Source: Anthoceros angustus (lineage: Eukaryota; Plantae; Anthocerotophyta). Taken from it: a stretch of DNA of 64,000 bases. Both the position numbers and the translations under genes were made by a program. Shown here piece after piece: positions 1 to 10,700 of the stretch. Numbering within the stretch: position 1 is the stretch's first letter; every line of letters begins with the position of its first letter. The stretch is taken from contig MU008161.1 of the NCBI GenBank assembly GCA_010909165.1, forward strand, positions 868,001 through 932,000, read 5' to 3'. The notes below the pieces were generated by a model. That model did no database searches, had not been told where the DNA came from, and saw only the letters and a list, made by a program, of their open reading frames with translations.

Positions 1-1615
1 AAGAGTCTTGTCAGCTTACTGTCCCTGAGAAAGAGAACCCACTTTATGAGCATAGGGCAGAGGCCGATAACCAGAATATGCAGGCTTGCAGGATGATCCT
101 ACCTGTAAGGAATATGGCCCAGATGCTCAACAAGTGCTGTAATGACACGACCAAGTGTCAGAAGGCTCTTATTGATCTCCCCTGCTTCCCTTGCCCGACC
201 CTATGAAAGGAACAGATGTTTTATTAGATGGAACCAGAGAGGTTGGGAAAATGCACCGACTCGAAGGGACAAATCGACTGCTCACCTCCCTAGCACCCGA
301 TCGAGAGATGTTCTCTGAGCCTGCCAGGTCCACCAGGTTGAGCTTTCCACATTTAATGAGCTCTTCTCCTTCTGGTGTAGCTTCCTTGATATGGATGGTT
401 ATGGAGAATATGGAATGAGAGCGACTGCAACAGAGCAGTTGATGAGAAGCAATTGCAAGCAGTCATAGTTCTGTGTGAGCTGCATGTACGCTGTGGTCAG
501 TACCTGGATTGTTTATTGAGCAGTGTCTCTGCAGTACGCCGCTTTGCTGATCCCCGATCCAGGAGGCTGTAGATCTCATTCGCACTGGTGACAATCTCCT
601 CCTCTAAGCCCCTGACAAGCACACCCCCTTTCCCGTCTTCCATCAAGGCGAGTGGCTTCTTTTGCTTGTCATCCAGCACTTTGGAGAACTCTTCAGGTGC
701 GAGCAAGTCTGTTATCTCCTCGTTGTATAGCTCTAGGAACGTCACTTTAACACTGTACTCAGCATTCTGACTTTCTAGAGTATCGAAAATCTGTTGAACA
801 GATCTTGGAATGACACCAGCGTCCACTGGGAGCTCCCCTTGCTGCCAAACACAGAGCACACATCAGTCACGCCCTTGCACAACAACACTGCGTAACTTGG
901 ACAGAGAGCACCACTAGCATCAAGATGGAGTAGATGCTCTTCAGGGAACACAGCAATGCCCTTCAGTGCAAGGGGACTGCAGAAGCTCAACAGTCACCTT
1001 AGCTTTCCGGCCTGCGCCTTCCATGGTGTACGTCTTTCCGGTGCCTGTCTGGCCATAGGCGAATATGGTACAATTGAATCCTTCCAGCACTTCGTTCACA
1101 ATTGGCACCACGGCTTGGTCAAACAGGTCCTTTTGCAACGAATTGGGCCCGAAAACCTGGAATGTGCCATGCAAATGTGAGAAGACAAATTGGCGGCAAG
1201 AGCTGAGGGCAACATCCCGGACAGATATTGGCATCGATGTACGATCCAGCGAAGGTATTAAGCAAATGCGTCGGACCAAGCTCCCCGACACCGTTACGGC
1301 TCAGGGGAGGAAACCATACCTTGTCAAAAGTGAATGTCCTATCAATCTGCTTGCTTGCAATGTTCTGGCACACGGTGACCTCCCTCTTCTGCTCATAGCA
1401 AGAAATGACCTGGGGAGCATTGGCCCTGATCTCCTCCTCATTGAATGGTCTGCATTATACCACCCGAACCAGCGAATGAGGCAAAACAGCGCAGCAGCCG
1501 GAACAAGAGCGAGAAGCAAGGCGCAGAGCGGCAGAGCGGCCCCCCACCTGCATCGCAGCAGCACCTGCACATTGACACCCCTGTCCTTCTCCTTGGTGTC
1601 AAACCGACTGGCCAT
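1..1615 (-). CDS. Kinesin-5 (BimC/KRP125-type) motor protein, 5' part; exons 1548-1615, 1320-1449, 998-1156, 504-841, 286-424, 103-200, <1-24; continues off the left end
   Basis: Exons joined at GT-AG sites give [29 protein letters not shown]...[11 protein letters not shown]...[16 protein letters not shown] (P-loop)...[12 protein letters not shown]...[16 protein letters not shown]...[19 protein letters not shown]...[33 protein letters not shown]. These are typical plant kinesin-5 motifs. Confidence 0.95.
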
Positions 1616-1984
1616 GGTCCTGGTCGGACCCGGGAACAGCTCCACGTCTTCCCCCCGCCGGACCAGCCCCTCGGACATGAGGGAGCCTAAACTCGTCTTG
1701 AATCTTGCTCTGCTACTTCACCACCTGGGGCTCGGGCTTCCGCGATCTCCTAGATCCAGCACCGCATCGCATCCCGTCCAGCTCCCGCCTCCAGATCCGC
1801 CGCTTCCAGGACGCAGAGCGCACGCAGGCGCAGACTGGCGAGGGGGCAGGGGAGCAGGCAGCCGAGCAGAGGCGGGCGGAGGAGAGGCAGCGCAGCGCGG
1901 CGCAGTTCGCAGAGAGAGGGCAAGCGGGGCGATGGATCCAGCAACCCCTGCGGCCCGATTTGGAGCAGCTCCGAGAATCGCTCC

Positions 1985-2356
1985 AAACGGTCCGGGCCGG
2001 GAGCATGCGAGGGTGAACAGAGGCAGTGCGTGTGCGGGAGTGAGAAGCGGATCAAGAGACGGGCAACACAGTGTCACGGCAAGGAGGAAGATGGAAGACG
2101 CATTTCAAACCATTCCCGCTCCCTCGCGCTCCGGCCGGGCATTCCCGTTGCGCCAGGAACGTTCATCTTTTCCCTCCCTTTCCTTCTTTCTGTCACATGC
2201 TCCCCGCTGGAGCCCCCCGCGGATGTCAAAATTGGTAAAGAAAGCGGTACCCCCGTTTTCTTTCCGAGCTCCACCCGGCCGTTGGGAGTGGGCCCGGCTA
2301 CAAGGCCCCGACGGCCCCGGCCTCCCATCGGTTCCCCCTCCCCTCCCGTTCCGTTG
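1985..2356 (-). promoter_or_regulatory. Cluster of AACGG (MSA-like) cores upstream of the kinesin-5 gene
   Basis: CCGTT on + at 2145, 2253, 2279, 2346 and 2351, plus AACGG near 1986. The 2279 site reads CCCAACGGCC on the gene strand, matching the MSA consensus YCYAACGGYY. Confidence 0.45.
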
Positions 2357-2896
2357 CACACACCACGTCGCCGCCCCCACGTCGGTGCGCACTGGTCACA
2401 TGCCTTAGCGAGGTTTTTGAGGGAGCAAGAAACAAACGTTCTACCTTGCCGCTGCGAGTCCTCGCCACATGGCGACCACTGCTGCTGTTCCCACGTCGGC
2501 TCGGAGCTGCTTCCCATGTGCTATATTTCCATACTCGAGCTACCTATTATGTGCTTCAGTTGCGTCTTGTGGTTCAACACGACAGCCAGCGACTCCACCT
2601 TGCATTTTTATGTGACACACAACCCGGTTGCAAACAAGGCACAAGCTCGGCGACCATGATTTTGCGCTACCTAGGGTTTAGGGTTCTTGTTAAAAGAAAA
2701 TTCAATACGGTGGTAGCATTCACAAGCAACGTTTATCCCCCACCCATTTTCAATAAGGTATGACGATATCCATTAGCGGGCTCAAACATGTGTTGTTGAT
2801 AGTTGACTGCATGTGACTGCTCATCCTACCCCTCTACCATAAAATGTTGTCTCCTGTTCCTATGCTCTTGTATTAACTTGTAGTTCACAAACAACC

Positions 2897-3330
2897 ATGC
2901 TCACACAACTAGCAGTCAATCCACCACAGATTTTATTGAGCTCAAAACGTGATCACAAAGGCACGGGCATGGGGTCATGGACTAATTTGACAAGGGAAGA
3001 TGATGCCATGATATGTGATTACTTAGAACAGCCAAATCAATTTACAGCTCTGTTAGAATCATCGAAAAGGTCGAAAATTGTAGATAAGAACCAGCCTACA
3101 TGGACTGCATATCCAGCAATGACCATTACGTTGCGGGAGCCTGGTTAATTGAAGGATAAAAGCTGCAGAAGAGGGTGGACCGCTTTGAGGAAACAAGATA
3201 GGCTTTCACAGAGGATTGCATAGCAGATTTAAGTCCTGAGGAGAAATTGGTAGGCATGTGCCCTTAGTTTGATGAGATGCATGTGACTTTCAGTAAAAGG
3301 CCCAATATGAGTCCATTGGACAGTTTTGAA
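2897..3330 (+). pseudogene. Decayed ORF resembling PIF/Harbinger-associated (Myb/SANT-like partner) proteins
   Basis: ICDYLEQPNQFTALL...TWTAYPAMTITL then EKLVGMCP*FDEMHVTFSKRPNMSP, interrupted by stops. The family resemblance is from memory only. Confidence 0.3.
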
Positions 3331-5322
3331 ATTAAACTATCAGTCTCTGATTCTCAAGTTCCTTTCAGTGATTCACAAGTGTCATTTCATTATTCTTAAG
3401 TGTCTTTTAGTGATTGCACAGAGTGTGTACCAGAGGATGTTCATGTAGATGTTTTTTATGACAATGAAATCATGCTAGCCGAAGCCCCGTCAACAACCCT
3501 CTCACCTGAACAATCCACACAATCTCCTCTCACTTAGCTACTCTTACCTACCTCTCCAGATTCCTACCTCTAGATCCTCAAACGCATGAAGTACAGACTT
3601 GTAATCCTAGTTTATGTCGTGTGTTCACGGGACTCAAACAATTTGAATATGTCAACCAAGCTTGTGGTTAGTAGCCCACTTCCGGAGGCCAATATTCTAT
3701 CACACAAGCATTCCAACACTCCTTGATCATTTCATCATGTACCTTATCAATTGCAATATTAACATATCCCCTATCTATTGAATTATATGTTATCTCCAAA
3801 CACAAAAGCCGAGAAATGCTTCATAAACATTCAACAGCGAAGGACAAACATATGATTAACAATTTATATATCGCAACACAAACTAAGAGATAGTGTCCCT
3901 CAGCACCAAATTTGCTGCCTTCAATACATCAAACAAGGGAAGACATTGAATTGCTCAACATGGTTGAAAGCCAACGGGATTACCTTCCAGCAGCGTCTTG
4001 GCTCTATTGGCATAATCTGCATCAAGAAGATTATTAGCTGTTTGCAAACAAGGAGATTTGCAATGGCTACTTGGGCAAGCTGAGCCGAGTAATCATCTAC
4101 TTATCTTAATCTGACCTGACTAAAGACAACAATAAGCCTTTGCTTAATCAAACGACTAAACACTAAGTCGGCAGATCTTTTCAAACAAAATCTCATCCTC
4201 TCGCATTCTTACGCACTTCTGCCTTGTCACTCACCTATCCGGCTATTGGTAGGGTTGTTCACCTTATACCGGTCTGACTTGCAGCTGGCGACTAAAAGTT
4301 GACTCTGCATGTCTTGTTATTGGTGGCTGCTTCATGCTCCCCCATTGCGACATGAAAACGCCCAATATAGCTTTTCAAATCGTGAAAGACTTAGTACCGA
4401 GGCCGTTGTCTATATCTAGACAAGAATCATTGTATGTTGAACTGCAGTTTCAAAGATGAAATAACCTTGTCAATCGCTTCGTCCTCGAAGAGTACAACCC
4501 TTTATTTTAAAAGGAGAATCTCCTCCTAAACAAAGATTTTGCTTGCAAAAACCATATAAAGCATATTTTGTTGTTTGATGTTTGACGAGTAGGCAAAGTC
4601 TCTTTTTTCATATTTGGGAGCTTTTGCGGGCTCAACTCTTGCCAAACATTTGCAGTCTAGTTACCATGGTATATTGAATTCATATTGTTTACCAAAAATA
4701 CCCACTTCCTTGCCAGACACATTTTTCCCCTAGCAACCCTTTGGGTAAGCTTGTGGAAAAGGTTTATAAGAAACACACTCTTGCTCCAACCCGCAAATAA
4801 ACGAAAATTGTTTATCCCTACTGAATTTGAAGCTAGAAAAGCACATGCTCCCCATAGAAAATAATCCTCTCTTCATGCAGAGTCGTGCAGACTCGATTCA
4901 CCTTCTCCTATAATGCCTAACACATAAGTGACTTCAGGTTGAGGCATTCCACAAGGCGAGCTTCTTCAAATGTTTGTGCGTGAAGATGTGATGATGTGAT
5001 GCACAATTCATTCAATTCCTTCGTTGCGAAAAGGTCGGATCATTGAGAGAAATATGCTCAGAAGATTACAATTTCGTAGAATTAACATCCCATCGAATCT
5101 GAGAGTGGAAACTCACGAAGAATGTTAGGCCCTACAAATAATTTTTCTTTTAAATTTAATGAGAGACCTCAACAAGATATCAAACCTGACTATTCTACCC
5201 ACCTCCTTCATCGCGTCCACCGGGACAAGATCGCCGATGTTCCGCACAACTTGAGCAAAGTTTTCATACAATAGCTCTAGGACAAGGATTTGGCTAGCAT
5301 AGATTCTGCTACTCTCATCGTA

Positions 5323-5914
5323 CCCACTGCCACCAGGCTTTGTGCCACCATAGCTGGCTCGTTTGCCAACTAGATTCTTCCATTTTGTTTTTTACCTCTA
5401 TGAGGTCTTTGCGTCAGAGCAGACTTGCATCAATGTTGTCGGTAATGGTAACTCGCAAAACAATTGACTTGCCTGCACGTAGGGTGAGGCTTTGGCATTT
5501 GGTAGGGCGAGTCTCTGCGCGTATAGAACATTACGAGACTAGATACTTACATTGATTGCTACAGATCGTTTGCAAATTTCATTGTTGAGTATCCCATACA
5601 GTGGTGAGGCTTTTCCCCCCACCCGCTGCCACCAGGCTTTGTGCCACCATAGCTGGCTCGTTTGCCAACTAGATTCTTCCATTTTGTTTTTTACCTCTAT
5701 GAGATCTTTGCGTCAGAGCAAACCTGCCGTCAATGTTGTCGGTAATGGTAACTCGCAAAACAATTGACTTGCCTGCACGTAGGGTGAGGCTTTGGCATTT
5801 GGCAGGGCGAGTCACTGCACGTATAGAACATTATGAGACTAGATGCTTACATTGATTGCTACTGATCGTTTGCAAATTTCATTGTTGAGTATCCCATACA
5901 GTGGTGAGGCTTTT
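5323..5914. repeat. Two-copy tandem direct repeat, period ~299-300 bp
   Basis: TGTGCCACCATAGCTGGCTCG at 5341 and 5640; GTGGTGAGGCTTTT at 5601 and 5901; only scattered substitutions between copies. Confidence 0.9.
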
Positions 5915-6699
5915 GTAGTTTGGCCAGACAAGTTTGTAACATGATAATTTTTGAAGGGGAGGAATATAGTAACCCCCTTCGGTCAAGACAGCACCCCCTT
6001 GTCACGATGTACACCCTTCCTCCAACAGCATATCTGCCTACTTTGATAATGCGCACACCCTTTCTGAGCCCATACCTTTGATAAAAGATGCACTTTCAAA
6101 TCGACACTCCAAAACTAGAGCACAATAGGGTGTGGGCCCGTCTGCGTTTTTGTAGAATGCATAGAGGCCTGCTATTTTCATATATTTATTACAACCGAAA
6201 ACTTTTACTTTCAAGTGGTGGAACACAATGAAAACAATCTTGTATTAGCGGGAGTCTTATTTCAGTGGTCGTGAGAACATTTCAACAAACAACTGCTAAA
6301 GGAGGAGGTGGTGATCAGCATCGACAATAGTCATTCAAGAGTGCGACCGAGCGACTTGTCTATGCCGCGAAATCTTGAGTCAAGGACCACCACCAAATTC
6401 AAGGCGGTCCATATCCTCTCAACAAAGTCATTATTCTCCTCCAATGCTTGCTCGTATTCATTAGTATAATTCTTGGGAACAAAAATAATTGTATCCTTAA
6501 AGTCAACAAAGTTGAGTTTTTCGCGCGAGAAAACGATCAGATTAGATTAGAAGCGCGACCGTGCGATGGATTACAAGATAGATGTCGCTCAAAACCTCTC
6601 ATGGGGAGACCTGGTCAAAACGGTACTACTAGTCGTCCCCGCACGAAAGCTCTCAAAGGTACCTATGCTAACCTCATATTTCGTGAAGTTTGTTGTCGT

Positions 6700-7703
6700 G
6701 ACTCCAAGATGGTAAGAGAGTTCTAACAAAGCCACGGGCAAGAATGATTCCACGTCACTTTGAGAAATCACTGCATCCACCTTTGGTTTGAACTCTACGC
6801 AATGAGGCACTTGAAGCTCTGAGATCAAGACCGCCTGTGTAACGACATAAGAGCCCTTTCAGAGGTAAGGGCTCCCGGCCCCCATAGACAACCGACGTCC
6901 AATTGGTCCACAAAACAAAAAGACCCGAACTCCATATGTGCCCCCACCAGGTTTGTTGGAGCAGTGGCCTGCCAGTCCTCTCGTTAAGTCCAAAGAGAGC
7001 TGCATGTTCTGTGATGAACATATGTGATGCAGGAAACAACTTCTGGAGCCACACTTCAATAGCTGCCCAGAAACTACGTGCGTACCTACAGCGGTAGAGA
7101 GAGTGCTGACTCTTGTGGGGGGCACCATCATTGCACATCCTGCACAAGTCTTCTCCAGTAACAACCAGTAGCCCATCCCATCGATCGGCGTTTGGTAGGC
7201 TGGCTTGTAGAAAGAGCCAGACCAAGGATCGGATCTTGGGCGGGATTCCGGGCGTGAACCACAGCAACTTAAGCGTACCCCTCTGCCTCCTCAAGCTCAG
7301 GTGTAGTCTATTGGCTAGGGGTTTCCTCTTAGCCAATTTGCTGCGGAACACTAGCCACTAGTAGGCCTCAGCTGTCCTAAAATTGAAGAAGGAGCGATTC
7401 TCCTTGGAGAGGCTGCCCGGAGCCCTGGGCCATAGGTACATGTCAGGCCTGAATACAAGTTGCCAATTTTCCGCTAACCTGAACCAGTATCTGCTTGATG
7501 ATTGATGAGCTTTGACACTTTCACCTTGTGTTCGCCACCGCCTCACCCTCATGGTGCGGGAAAGAACCGTGATCGGCCTGAGATTCCCTACTGGGCCGGC
7601 CATTGAATCTCGACTTATTCTAGCTGCACTCTTCATCGTACGTAGTAGGACTGTCATTGCTTAGCTCCCTGCGCCTAACAACAACGAAAATAGCACTACT
7701 GCT
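6700..7703 (-). mobile_element. 3' end of L1-type LINE ORF2 (zf-RVT/CCHC region), separated from the rest of the LINE by the Gypsy insertion
   Basis: LWFTPGIPPKIRSLVWLFLQASLPNADR...CRMC...HSLYRCRYARSFW and WTNW are the C-terminal zinc-binding motifs of plant LINE ORF2. Same strand as the APE/RT part at 41304-44630. The 3' boundary is approximate. Confidence 0.8.
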
Positions 7704-10700
7704 TGTGGGCTACTTCCGAGTTAGGAAATAAGTAGGGTTTCGCTTTTTTAGGATTGAAGGATAAATAAAAGGAAAAGGAGGAATAAATTGGGGTAGCGCC
7801 GGACGAGGCTCGGAGTATACTCCGACTGAGTGAACAACGGACCTGCACTACTATGGCAAGCTCCGGACTACGCCGAGTAACGGATAAGTCCGAACCCACC
7901 TGTGTCAAAACAGGATAAGTACGCCAGGAAAGTAACCTAGGAGCGAGGCGTGAGGATGACGAGGCGGCGCCACGTGGACGGCCCCGAGTGGAGGTCGGGC
8001 ATGCAGAGGCCAGACTGAACCTTGCTGCAGAGGCCGCAGGCAGTATTCACGCCGGCCGCGCGTAAGGCCGAGTGGCGTAGGGTCGAGTAAGCCATGCACT
8101 CGCGCTACGGACAACGAAGAGGCGCCTTCCGCCAGAAGCATTTCCACAAGCGCCAAGGAGGGAGGTCAGCCTCCGCATAATCCTTGCGCCCGCAATCCGG
8201 CTCGGGCGCTCTTTTGGGCGCGCCCTTAGAGCGCGCGCACTGCCAAGGTTGGAGCAACAACGCGCGAAGGAGGAACATCGCAGGACCGGCCAGCAAGAAT
8301 AAGAGAGGAGGAGAAGCAATGGCACCCAAAAGCCGAGAGTCTGGGAGCCATGGACCGTGGAGCGCAACATTGTGACCCGCGCTATCCGGACTTCGGGCCC
8401 CGGCCGGAGGAAGCGTGGGGAATTGGTGCAGAGTGGCCTGACGTGTTCCAAATGGTCCGGACCTTTGACAACGTCACTCTAGTCCGGAGTTTGCCCGAAG
8501 ATGCGGCGATCAACAAGGAGGTCCGATCCAAGAACCTCCGGAGGACCGAGGCGATGGACCTTGAGGTCCCGAGGATGGCCTACAACCGCCCAAGGAGGAA
8601 GAAGGGGCGTGGTGCCGAGCCCCTTAAGGCGAAGGGAAGATAGGGCCAGCATGCCGAGGCTCGAACGCAGGACAACCAACGGATGGTTGATATCCGATCT
8701 GGCGATCGAGTAAGGGCGTAGCCCGGATCATTGTCCATTGAACTCGCCACCAAGGTGGATCACCTTGGTGATAACTGGTATTCTCGCATGCGCCCAATGG
8801 GAAGAGAGCGACCGGGAAGGATTATCTTCGCCTGGGCCAGTGAGGCACGCAAGCTAAGCCCTCGCCATCGTCGACCCCACACCGATTCATGTATGGGGAC
8901 ATTTCGAGCTCAAGGAGGGAGAGCTTGAGCGGCGCCCGGAGGCCCCGCCAAGTAGAGCGTGCAAGGGCGCCTGAGGTGGGGGTCGCCCTTCAAGACCGAC
9001 TGGAGGAGGACGATCGAGGATTCCTGACTCCATACGCCCTGAGCGAACCCCTCACCACCTGTGGAAGTTTGGGAGGCGATTCCCCTTCCTCCTTTTGGTG
9101 CCCTCCGAGCGCAAGAGGAGGAGAAGCAATGGCACCCAAAAGCCGACGGAAGTCTGGGAGCCATGGACCCTCGTGGAGCGCAACATTGTGACCCGCGCTA
9201 TCCGGACTTCGGGCCCCGGCCGGAGGAAGCGGGGAATTGGTGCAGAGTGGCATCCGGACGTGTTCCAAATGGTCCGGACCTTTGACAACGCTACTCTAGT
9301 CCGGAGTTTGCCCGAAGATGCCGGCGGCGATCAACAAGGAGGTCCGATCCAAGAACCTCCGGAGGACCCGAGGCGATGGACCTTGAGGTCCCGATGGCCT
9401 ACAACCGCCCAAGGAGGAAGAAGGGGCGTGGTGCCGAGCCCCTTAAGGCGAAGGGAAGATAGGGCCACCACAAGGCGCCGAGGCTCGAACGCAGGACAAC
9501 CAACGGATGGTTGATATCCGATCCGCCGATCCGAGTAAGGGCGTAGCCCGGATCATTGTCCATTGAACTCGCCACCAAGGTGGATCACCTTGGTGATAAC
9601 TCGCTGGTATTCTCGCATGCGCCCAATGGGAAGAGAGCGACGGGAAGGATTATCTTCGCCTGCCTGGGCCAGAGGCACGCAAGCTAAGGAGCGAGAAGCC
9701 TCGCCATCGGTCGACCCCATACCGATTCATGTATGGGGACATTTCGAGCTCAAGGAGGGAGAGCTTGAGCGGCGCCAAGGGGCCGGAGGCCCCGCTGTAG
9801 AGAGCGCAAGGGCGCCTGAGGTGGGGGTCGCCCTTCAAGACCAAGCGGACTCGGGAGGAGGACGATCGAGGATTCCTGACTCACGCTGAGCGAACCCCTC
9901 ACCACCTGTGGAAGTTTGGGAGGCGATTCCCCTTCCTCCTTTTGGTGCCCTCCGAGCAAGATGAGGGAGCCGATGCGGGAGGGCGCGGCTCCGACCGGCA
10001 GTAACACAACAACGACCCGAGCCCCGACGAACTCAACGGAGCCAAGAGGCGGAAGACGGTGCCGCTTACCAACGCAAAGACCTCGGGTGCCGATTTACCC
10101 CGCCCACGAGTGGCAAGAGGTCAAGAGGCGGTAAGGAGGGCAGAAGGGACGTGCCAAGGAGGGAGGTCATCGCGCAGCCCCCACCTCGAGCCGTCTGCCC
10201 GAAGGGAAGGCAAAAGAGCTTGCTCCCTGACCCCTCACCTCCTCCGAGCCCTGTGGAGAAAGAGGGCACAAAGGAGTTAGAGGCCAAGAGGGCCAAGAGG
10301 GTGAGACTCGGACCTCACCACTGTGACCCGAGGGTCCCGATTAGGTCCGAGAACCCCCCGACTCTTATCAAGGTATGGAGGTCCTTGGCGATCGAGAAAT
10401 GCCGGCCCCACTACGGACTTTGTGGGGCCTCACCGCGGCCGTGGAAGAAACACGGCGAAGTCTGCCACTATGGCAAGCTCCGGACTACGCCGAGTAACGG
10501 ATAAGTCCGAACCCACCCAGTCAAAATAGGATAAATGCGAGTAACCTAGGAGGCGGGCGTGAGGGGCAGGCGGCGCCACGTGGGCCACGAGTGGAGGTCG
10601 GGCATGCATGGGCAGGGGCCGTAACCTTGCGAGGCCGTTATAGCGGTATTCACGCCCATGGTGCGCGTAAGGCAGTAAGCGGGCGTAGGGTCGAGTAAGC

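Noticed and set aside
1065-2408. 447-aa plus-strand ORF
   Set aside because: Antisense to the kinesin exons and its GC-rich 5' region; low-complexity translation with no motifs.
2671-2686. Telomeric repeat TAGGGTTTAGGGTT
   Set aside because: Only two units; at most a telo-box-like promoter motif.
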